This document shows, in pieces, positions 29,553 to 37,026 of a DNA stretch of 64,000 bases. This DNA comes from Candidatus Omnitrophota bacterium (GTDB lineage: Bacteria > Omnitrophota > Gorgyraeia > Zapsychrales > JANLHA01): contig OY759724.1 of the NCBI GenBank assembly GCA_963662715.1, positions 2,074,662 to 2,138,661 on the forward strand. Direction: 5' to 3'. Position 1 is the first letter of the stretch; every line of letters begins with the position of its first letter. The notes under the pieces are model-generated. The model saw only the letters and a list, made by a program, of their open reading frames with translations, did no database searches and was not told the origin of the DNA. The position numbers and the translations under genes were made by a program.

Positions 29553-30326
29553 ATGTTGTTAGAGATCCAAAAATTAAGCATTGTCGCCAAAACAGAGCAG
29601 GGAGAAAAGCCGATTGTGGATCGGGTGAGCTTCCAGGTCCAGGAACGTAATATTGTGGCTTTGGTCGGGGGCTCCGGCAGCGGCAAGACGACAACGGGGC
29701 TGGCCGTTATGAGACTGCTGGCGCCGGGATTAAACATTGTTTCCGGCTCCATCTATTTTAACGGGAAAAATATTCTGACCTTGCCTGAGCAGCAAGTGCG
29801 GGATCTCCGCGGCGGCCAGATCGCGATGGTTTTTCAGGAACCCCTGTATGCCTTTAATCCTGTCTTCCGTGTCGGATACCAGATCGATGAAGTGTTGCGG
29901 TTTCATACGAGTTTGACGGTCTTGCAGCGTCAAAGACGCGTTGAAGAATTGCTGAGGCAGGTGGAAATTAAAGAACCGATGAGAATCGCCCAATCTTATC
30001 CGCATCAGTTGAGCGGCGGATTGCGCCAGCGGGCGATGTTGGCGCAGGCCATGGCGGCGAATCCTCAATTAATTATTGCCGACGAACCTACAAGCAATCT
30101 GGATGTCACCGTGCAGGCAAGGATTCTGACGTTATTCAAGAAACTCAGAGATGAGTTCCGTTTGACGCTTTTGCTTATTACGCATGATTTGGGGCTTGTG
30201 CAGTATTTATCAGATCATGTTGTGGTTTTATCCGGGGGGAAAGTGGTCGAACAGGGGCCGGCGTCCGACGTTTTGCAGCGTCCCCAGGAACCGTATACTC
30301 AAACACTGCTGGAGGCATTGAAATAA
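29553..30326 (+). CDS. ABC transporter ATP-binding protein (OppD/DppD-like)
   Basis: Walker A GGSGSGKTT, signature LSGGLRQR, Walker B LIIADEPTSNLD. Confidence 0.9.
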   Translation: MLLEIQKLSIVAKTEQGEKPIVDRVSFQVQERNIVALVGGSGSGKTTTGLAVMRLLAPGLNIVSGSIYFNGKNILTLPEQQVRDLRGGQIAMVFQEPLYAFNPVFRVGYQIDEVLRFHTSLTVLQRQRRVEELLRQVEIKEPMRIAQSYPHQLSGGLRQRAMLAQAMAANPQLIIADEPTSNLDVTVQARILTLFKKLRDEFRLTLLLITHDLGLVQYLSDHVVVLSGGKVVEQGPASDVLQRPQEPYTQTLLEALK

Positions 30327-30327
30327 T

Positions 30328-31263
30328 ATGTTGCTGGAGTTGCAGGGGATACAAAAATATTTCCCGGTCAAACACAGCGTTTCTTGCGGGGCAAGAGAAG
30401 ACAGCTCTCCCGGAAATCTTGGCGCTTCTGTCGAACAGGCGGTCTCCGCCCTTGCCTGGTGGCAAAAGAGTTATGTCCGGGCGGTCGATGGAGTTGATTT
30501 AAGTATTGAGCAGGGGGAAGATCTGGGCTTGGTCGGAGAATCCGGTTCCGGAAAAACAACGTTAGGACGGCTTATTGTCAGGCTGTATTCTTTAGACAAG
30601 GGACGAATCTTCCTGGAGGGGAAAGACATTTCTTCTTCCCGGTCAGCTGTCCAGTTATTAAGGAAAAAAGTCCAAATGGTCTTCCAGGACCCTTATAGCA
30701 GTTTGAATCCCCGTTTCCCGGTAAGGAAAATTTTAAAGGAAGCCTTTCATCAATTGCGCCCTTTCCCGGACAGAAATTATCAAGAGCTTAAAATGATTGA
30801 AATGATGAAAGCGGTGGGGTTGGAAGGGGAAAATCTTAACCGGTTCCCTCATGAATTTAGCGGCGGGGAGAGGCAGCGTATCGCTATTGCACGGGCGCTG
30901 CTGATGAACCCGAAGCTTCTCATTTTAGACGAAGCGGTTTCTTCTTTGGATGTGCTCGTCCAGCAGCAGATCATTTCTTTGTTGAAAGAACTGCAGAAAA
31001 AGTTTAATGTCACGTATTTTTTTATTACGCATAATCTTCGAGTGGTCAAAAAATTGTGCAGACGTATTGCCGTTATGTATAAGGGGAAAATTGTTGAGCT
31101 GGGATATGCGGAAGACATTTTTGAGAATCCGCAACATGTTTATACAAAAGAATTATTGTCCGCTGCGGTGAATTATCAGGCATCGCAAAGTGATTTGGAA
31201 ATAGAGTTTGATAAAAGTTCCCGTTTGGTTGACTTGGGGAACGGACATTTTGTAATAAAGTGA
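30328..31263 (+). CDS. ABC transporter ATP-binding protein (OppF/DppF-like), with an N-terminal insertion
   Basis: Walker A GESGSGKTT, signature FSGGERQR, Walker B LILDEAVSSLD. Confidence 0.9.
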   Translation: MLLELQGIQKYFPVKHSVSCGAREDSSPGNLGASVEQAVSALAWWQKSYVRAVDGVDLSIEQGEDLGLVGESGSGKTTLGRLIVRLYSLDKGRIFLEGKDISSSRSAVQLLRKKVQMVFQDPYSSLNPRFPVRKILKEAFHQLRPFPDRNYQELKMIEMMKAVGLEGENLNRFPHEFSGGERQRIAIARALLMNPKLLILDEAVSSLDVLVQQQIISLLKELQKKFNVTYFFITHNLRVVKKLCRRIAVMYKGKIVELGYAEDIFENPQHVYTKELLSAAVNYQASQSDLEIEFDKSSRLVDLGNGHFVIK

Positions 31264-31389
31264 CGGAAAATTTGCTATAATAAATGTTTTCAGTAAGAAT
31301 TTTAAATATCATTTATAATTTGAATATTATCTTCTAAAAAATTTGTTAAAATAGACACGACTAAGTTTCCCTAATAACGGAGAAAATCT

Positions 31390-33729
31390 ATGAGTAATGC
31401 TTTCTGGAAAAGATTGAGTCTTATTTTTGGGCTTTTAACGTTAGCCTTTATATTCGGGCTGCTTGTTTTTGTCGCTAATTTGGAAGTCAAGGATTTGGAT
31501 TTGTGGCTTCATTTAGGCATGGGCCGGCACCTGGTTGAGAACGGATTCCGTGTCCCGGCAGCGGATATTTTAACCTGCACGTTTGCGGGCATCCCCTGGG
31601 TGAATCACGAATGGCTTTTTCAGGTCATTGTATACCTTATCTACTCCCGGTGGGGTCCTGAAGCCCTTATCACCATGCAGGTGATTGTTGTGACGCTCAC
31701 GATGACGATATTGTTGCTTATGGGCTACAGCCGGAAACGCCAGCTCGGCTCTATCTTTATGTTTCTCCTGGTTTCGCTCGTTTTTCAAAACCGTTTTACG
31801 ATACGTCCGGATCTTTACAGTTTATTGTTTTTTGTCCTATATATCTTTATTTTATCTTTCCATATTGACAAGAAATGGTCTTTGTATGCTTTATTTATTG
31901 TGCAGCTTTTATGGACGAATATGCACGGTTTCTTTTTCTTCGGTCCTCTTTTTGTCCTTATCGGCTTGGTGTCCGAGTGGATGAAACGGCATGTGCCTTT
32001 GCCTTATGAATGGAATAAAATCGGCCGGTTAACAGATGATGAATACAGTCGAATGGGCTGGATTTTTGCTGTTGTTATTTTGGCCTGCCTGCTTAATCCT
32101 TTGACATTCGAAGGGGCGTGGTATCCGATCGGGGTCTTTTTTAAGATTTCCGGAGAGCACAAAATCTTTTTCGATAAAATTATCGAACTTAGGAAGCCCA
32201 TCACGAGTGACACGCTGTTTTTGCCCACAGAATACCCTTATTATAAACTGCTTATTATCTTGTCATTCGTCAGCCTCTTCTTTAACCGTTTCCGGCTGGA
32301 CATCGCCGGATTGTTTTTTTGGCTGATCTTTCTGTTCTTTTCCCTGGCCGCGGTCCGCAACCTGATTTTTTTCGGTTTCGCGGCTTATATCGTTTATATG
32401 AGTAACGCCCTTGTCTTATCCATGCGCGATATTGTGCCGATCCGGATCACGGACAGGAAGTTTTTATATTTGACAACAATTCTTGCAAAGATTTTTCTCC
32501 TGGTCTGGATCATGCAGTACTGGACCACTATTTCCACGAACGGTTATTTTGATTTTGACAAGTATGAGCGTAAAAGTGAGTTCGGGGGGGTCTCTTTGCG
32601 GTCTTATCCCAATAAAGCCGTGGATTTCCTGGTTGAAAACAAAGTGAAAGGCAATTTTTTTAATGACTTTAACACCGGCGCTTATCTTACCGGGAGATGT
32701 TTTCCTGATATAAAAACGTTCATTGACGGACGGACAGAAGTCTATGGCCCGATTTTCTTCAAGTATTATGTGTCTTTGTGGGAAAAGGACAACCCGGAAC
32801 TTTTTGCCGACGCTTTGGAGAAGTTCGGCATTACCGGGGCTCTGATGAATTCCGTTCAGCAGCCGATTCCGCCGCGGGTCCTTAATTACTTGGAAAATAA
32901 TCCGGAGTGGATTCCCGTCTATTTTGATTATGACGCGGTGATCTATCTTAAGGATGTCCCGCAAAATCGGGATATTATCGAAAAACATGCCATTGATTTT
33001 TCCAAATGGGAGGGGAAATCTCTGGATATGTACCGGCTGGGGTCCAAGAAGGTTACCCCTTATCAGAACATGAACCGGGCTTATACTTTAGAGTCCATGG
33101 GCTATGATAAAGCGGCTTTGAAAGAGATTAACTATGCTTTGGAAGTTACCCCGGTTTATAATCTGCCGTATCTGTTGTTAGGTAAAATTTATGCCAAACA
33201 TAAGAATTATCAGAAGGCGTACGAAAACTTCCGTATCGCCGTTTTATTCTCCCCCGGGAACAGGAAGGCCCGTTATAATATGGCTCTGGCTCTTTATGAC
33301 CTGGGAGAATTCAAGTATGCGGCAGATCAATACCAGCGGCTTATTGACCAGTCGCCCCGGTCGGCCAAAGCCCATTTTCTCATGGCCAGGACTCTTGTTA
33401 AGATGGAAAAATATGACAATGCCCTGGAATTTATCCAGGTCGCCCATGCCTTGAAGCCGGGGGACATTAAAGATATTCTGGATCTCGGGAAGATGCTCGA
33501 AGAAGAAGAGGCTTATGCGATAGCGGTGGACGTCTATAAGCTCGGTTTAAATACGAAAAAAAATCTTGATGAAGTCCACCGTCTTTTGGCTGGCGTCTAT
33601 GAAAAATTAGGACAGCCGGAGAAAGCGGCAGAGCATCTTCGCGCGGAGAAGCGAATTATTTCGGAAGAGAAATATCAGACTCAGTTGCCAGATGTCCTGT
33701 CGGGGCCTGAAGATGAGCCGGAAGAATAA
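31390..33729 (+). CDS. Polytopic membrane protein with C-terminal TPR repeats (GT-C/TMTC-like architecture)
   Basis: The N-terminal ~400 aa are highly hydrophobic. The C-terminal ~230 aa show TPR-like repeats (AYTLESMGYDKAAL..., LGKIYAKHKNYQKAYENF..., MALALYDLGEFKYAADQY..., MARTLVKMEKYDNALEF...). Confidence 0.7.
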   Translation: MSNAFWKRLSLIFGLLTLAFIFGLLVFVANLEVKDLDLWLHLGMGRHLVENGFRVPAADILTCTFAGIPWVNHEWLFQVIVYLIYSRWGPEALITMQVIVVTLTMTILLLMGYSRKRQLGSIFMFLLVSLVFQNRFTIRPDLYSLLFFVLYIFILSFHIDKKWSLYALFIVQLLWTNMHGFFFFGPLFVLIGLVSEWMKRHVPLPYEWNKIGRLTDDEYSRMGWIFAVVILACLLNPLTFEGAWYPIGVFFKISGEHKIFFDKIIELRKPITSDTLFLPTEYPYYKLLIILSFVSLFFNRFRLDIAGLFFWLIFLFFSLAAVRNLIFFGFAAYIVYMSNALVLSMRDIVPIRITDRKFLYLTTILAKIFLLVWIMQYWTTISTNGYFDFDKYERKSEFGGVSLRSYPNKAVDFLVENKVKGNFFNDFNTGAYLTGRCFPDIKTFIDGRTEVYGPIFFKYYVSLWEKDNPELFADALEKFGITGALMNSVQQPIPPRVLNYLENNPEWIPVYFDYDAVIYLKDVPQNRDIIEKHAIDFSKWEGKSLDMYRLGSKKVTPYQNMNRAYTLESMGYDKAALKEINYALEVTPVYNLPYLLLGKIYAKHKNYQKAYENFRIAVLFSPGNRKARYNMALALYDLGEFKYAADQYQRLIDQSPRSAKAHFLMARTLVKMEKYDNALEFIQVAHALKPGDIKDILDLGKMLEEEEAYAIAVDVYKLGLNTKKNLDEVHRLLAGVYEKLGQPEKAAEHLRAEKRIISEEKYQTQLPDVLSGPEDEPEE

Positions 33730-33792
33730 TCAGGCCGGTTTTTACGATACGACAGGGCATCCTTTTGGGAAAGGACAAGGGGACATAATTCT

Positions 33793-35019
33793 ATGAGAGA
33801 GGTTTTGACGTTTATTTTAGCCGGGGGAAAAGGAGAACGGTTGAATCCGTTGACCCGCGACCGGGCGAAGCCTGCCGTTCCTTTCGGGGGAATTTATCGC
33901 ATCATTGATTTCACATTAAGTAACTGCATCAACTCCGGATTAAGAAGAATATATATATTGATCCAATATAAATCTTTTTCCCTGCAGAAACATGTCCTGG
34001 CCGGCTGGGGCGATATCGTTTCCAGTCAGTTGGGGGAGTTTATTGATGTTATCCCCGCGCAGCAGCGGATCAGTTCGGACTGGTATCGCGGAACCGCGGA
34101 TGCCATTCATCAGAATATTTATACGATCCATGACCATGATCCAAAATTGATCCTTATCCTGGCGGGTGACCATGTTTATAAAATGAACTATGAGAAAATG
34201 ATTTCTTATCAGAAGAAAACGAATGCGGACATGGTTGTCTCCTGCATCCCCATGCCGGCGGAGACGGCTGTGAGTTTTGGGGTGATCGAAGTGGACCAGG
34301 AGAACAGGGTGTGCGGCTTTCGGGAAAAACCCAAAAAACCCAAAACGATTCCCGGGGATTCGGAGCATATTTTTGCTTCTATGGGCATTTATCTTTTCAA
34401 GAAGGATGTCTTGCTGCAAGAACTGGAAATAGATTCAAAGAGCATGACATCAGAGCATGATTTTGGAAAGAATGTCATTCCGCAAATGTTGAAGAACGGT
34501 AAAAAAATATTGGTTTATAATTTTGTGGATAAGGATAACAAGCCGTGTTACTGGCGGGATATCGGGACGCGGGATGCGTATTATCAGGCTAATATGGACC
34601 TTGTCCAAAGAGACCCGGAATTCAACTTGTATGAACGGACGTGGCCGGTCAGGACTTTGCATGAGCAATTCCCGCCCATTAAGCTGCTGCATGCCGAGGA
34701 GAACGGACAGCTTATTCACGGTGAGCTTGACGACTGCCTGATCGCGGGCGGCTGTATTATCGACGGGGCAAAGATTAAAGGATCCATCCTTTCCACGAAC
34801 GTTTGTGTCCACCCCCATGCCAGCGTCATCAATTCTGTTATTATGGAGGGGGTTTCGGTCGGTTCTCATGCGAAGATAAAGAATGCTATCGTTGATAAAG
34901 AGGTCGTCGTTCCGCCGGGGGCGCAGATAGGGTATGATCTCAGTCTCGACCGGAAAAGATTTGACGTAACAACATCAGGCATTGTTATTGTGCCCAAAAG
35001 AGTCAAGATTCAGGGATGA
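33793..35019 (+). CDS. glgC: Glucose-1-phosphate adenylyltransferase
   Basis: FILAGGKGERLNPLTRDRAKPAVPFGG.YRIIDF, WYRGTADA and ILAGDHVYKMNY motifs. Confidence 0.9.
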   Translation: MREVLTFILAGGKGERLNPLTRDRAKPAVPFGGIYRIIDFTLSNCINSGLRRIYILIQYKSFSLQKHVLAGWGDIVSSQLGEFIDVIPAQQRISSDWYRGTADAIHQNIYTIHDHDPKLILILAGDHVYKMNYEKMISYQKKTNADMVVSCIPMPAETAVSFGVIEVDQENRVCGFREKPKKPKTIPGDSEHIFASMGIYLFKKDVLLQELEIDSKSMTSEHDFGKNVIPQMLKNGKKILVYNFVDKDNKPCYWRDIGTRDAYYQANMDLVQRDPEFNLYERTWPVRTLHEQFPPIKLLHAEENGQLIHGELDDCLIAGGCIIDGAKIKGSILSTNVCVHPHASVINSVIMEGVSVGSHAKIKNAIVDKEVVVPPGAQIGYDLSLDRKRFDVTTSGIVIVPKRVKIQG

Positions 35020-35054
35020 TTATGGCGTAATAAATATAAAAAGAAAGGAACTGT

Positions 35055-36266
35055 ATGATTGTGCAGCCAAAAATAAGAGGGTTTATTTGTACGACAGCCC
35101 ATCCTGCGGGCTGTGCTAAAAATGTCCAGGACCAGATTGACTATGTGAAAGAGCAGGGGCTTATTCAAGACGGCCCCGAAAGGGTTCTTGTGGTCGGAGC
35201 TTCAACAGGCTACGGCCTGGCGAGCCGTATCACGGTCGCTTTCGGATGCCGGGCTAAGACCATGGGTGTCTTTTATGAAAAAGCAGCGGAGGGGCGGCGC
35301 ACGGCGACGGCCGGGTGGTATAACTCGATTGCTTTTGACCAGGCCGCCATAAATGAAGGGCTTTACGCGAGAAGCTTTAACGGCGATGCGTTTAGCGACG
35401 AGATGAAGGATCGGGTCGTCTCGACGATCCGGGAGGACTGGGGAGGCGTTGATTTGCTGATCTACAGCTTGGCATCTCCCAGGCGTTTGCATCCGAAAAC
35501 AGGTCAATTGTCCAAATCCTCGTTGAAGCCAAGAGGCGCTCCCTATACGAACAAATCCATAGATTTTTCCATCAACAAAATTGTGAATGTGACCCTGCCT
35601 TCAGCCACAGAAGAAGATGTGCAGCAGACGATCGATGTTATGGGCGGTGAGGACTGGGACATGTGGGTGGCCGCATTAAAGCAGGCTAATCTGCTGTCTG
35701 AAAAATTTGTCACGGCTGCTTATTCGTATGTCGGCCCGGATGTGACGATGCCGGTTTATCGCAATGGAACGATTGGGGCGGCTAAAGACCATTTGGAAGA
35801 AACAGCCCGCAAAATGGACGAATGGCTTAGACAAAAAGGCGGCCGGGCTTTCGTGTCCGTGAACAAGGCTTTGATCACTCAATCCAGTTCGGCGATCCCT
35901 TTCATCCCGCTTTATTTCATTATTTTGATGAAAGTTATGAAGCAAAAAGGCGTTCATGAGGACTGTATTCATCAGATGGTCAGACTTTTTCATGAGAGGC
36001 TTTATGCCGGGGGAGAGATCCCGGTTGATGAACTTGGCCGCGTACGAGTGGATGATTGGGAGATGCGTCCGGATATCCAGAGTGAGGTCCGAGAGTTATG
36101 GGAAAAAGTATCTAACGAGAATGTTGAGCAGTTGGCTGATGTCCGGGGATATCATGAAGATTTCCTGAAGTTGTTCGGCTTTGGGTTGTCTGGCGTAGAT
36201 TATGAAGCTGATGTCGATATCGATTTAAAGTTCCCCGATTACGATTCTGTTATTATGAAAACATGA
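35055..36266 (+). CDS. fabV: Enoyl-[ACP]/trans-2-enoyl-CoA reductase, FabV family
   Basis: IRGFICTTAHPAGC, VLVVGASTGYGLASRI and YSLASP motifs, with a length of about 400 aa. Confidence 0.85.
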   Translation: MIVQPKIRGFICTTAHPAGCAKNVQDQIDYVKEQGLIQDGPERVLVVGASTGYGLASRITVAFGCRAKTMGVFYEKAAEGRRTATAGWYNSIAFDQAAINEGLYARSFNGDAFSDEMKDRVVSTIREDWGGVDLLIYSLASPRRLHPKTGQLSKSSLKPRGAPYTNKSIDFSINKIVNVTLPSATEEDVQQTIDVMGGEDWDMWVAALKQANLLSEKFVTAAYSYVGPDVTMPVYRNGTIGAAKDHLEETARKMDEWLRQKGGRAFVSVNKALITQSSSAIPFIPLYFIILMKVMKQKGVHEDCIHQMVRLFHERLYAGGEIPVDELGRVRVDDWEMRPDIQSEVRELWEKVSNENVEQLADVRGYHEDFLKLFGFGLSGVDYEADVDIDLKFPDYDSVIMKT

Positions 36267-36419
36267 CCTTTTCTGCCTCTTTCGGCATTCTTGATCAGAG
36301 GTGTCCGTTTTTGTCCGCAGTGTTTGAGGATGATTTGCAGTTAGTGGTGATCAGATGCATTTTATGCTGTTTCCTGCCAGAGGTTGTTTGTCTTCTTATT
36401 TAAAAAGTTTAATAAAAGA

Positions 36420-36448
36420 TTGACAAGGGTCTTTTGATCTAATACATT
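36420..36448 (+). promoter_or_regulatory. Candidate sigma-70-type promoter for the HTH-ACP(-smc) unit
   Basis: TTGACA (36420-36425), a 17-nt spacer, then TACATT (36443-36448). Confidence 0.4.
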
Positions 36449-36475
36449 GAAAATAAATAATTAAAATTAGTACTA

Positions 36476-36730
36476 ATGGAAAAAGATATGAACCAGAATC
36501 AGTTGATGACAATTGACGAAGTTGCTCAATATCTAAGGGTAAAAAAACGAACTGTTTATGACTGGCTTAAAAAAGATAAGATCCCGGCCATCAAGACCGT
36601 TGGGCAATGGCGGTTTAAGAAAGAAACGATTGATTCATGGCTTGAGGCTCAGCAGAGATTTATCGATCAGATTCGCATGGAAAAAGAGTCAAAGGATAAG
36701 GGAGGAACAAATGATGGCAGCACGAGGTGA
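36476..36730 (+). CDS. Small excisionase/MerR-type helix-turn-helix DNA-binding protein (HTH_17-like)
   Basis: MTIDEVAQYLRVKKRTVYDWLKKDKIPAIKTVGQWRFKKETIDSWL matches the excisionase-family HTH pattern. The start could be ATG 36476, 36488 or 36506. Confidence 0.75.
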   Translation: MEKDMNQNQLMTIDEVAQYLRVKKRTVYDWLKKDKIPAIKTVGQWRFKKETIDSWLEAQQRFIDQIRMEKESKDKGGTNDGSTR

Positions 36731-36974
36731 CTCTAATATTGAGAAAGACATTCGGATGCTTGTTGCAGACATCTTGGAGACTGAACCCGAAGAGATAGAT
36801 GGTGAGGCAAAGTTTGTTCAGGATTTAGGTATGGACTCTATGATGGCTTTGGAGATTTTAGCCGGATTAGAAAAGAAGTATCGCATCGTTATCCCGGAAG
36901 AGATGCTGGCAAAATTTGTCAATCTCAACACGACTGTGAAGATTGTAGAGGATCTTTTAAGAGAAAAGTCATAG
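36711..36974 (+). CDS. Acyl carrier protein, non-canonical (DSM phosphopantetheine site)
   Basis: FVQDLGMDSMMALEILAGLEKKY is a carrier-protein helix II motif. A strong RBS GGGAGGA lies 4-5 nt before ATG 36711, and the ATG sits 20 nt inside the end of the HTH gene. Confidence 0.8.
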   Translation: MMAARGDSNIEKDIRMLVADILETEPEEIDGEAKFVQDLGMDSMMALEILAGLEKKYRIVIPEEMLAKFVNLNTTVKIVEDLLREKS

Positions 36975-37026
36975 GACGGTCTTTCCGAGAATTCTTCAGA
37001 ATTTCCATCCCAGAGAGGAGTAAGGT

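Noticed and set aside
32464-34419. Minus-strand ORFs 32464-32988 (174 aa) and 33940-34419 (159 aa)
   Set aside because: They are antisense to the TPR membrane protein and glgC respectively, with no supporting motifs.
36476-36730. Excisionase-family HTH as a marker of a prophage or integrative element
   Set aside because: There is no integrase, recombinase, phage gene, att-like direct repeat or flanking tRNA. The neighbours are fabV, ACP and smc.
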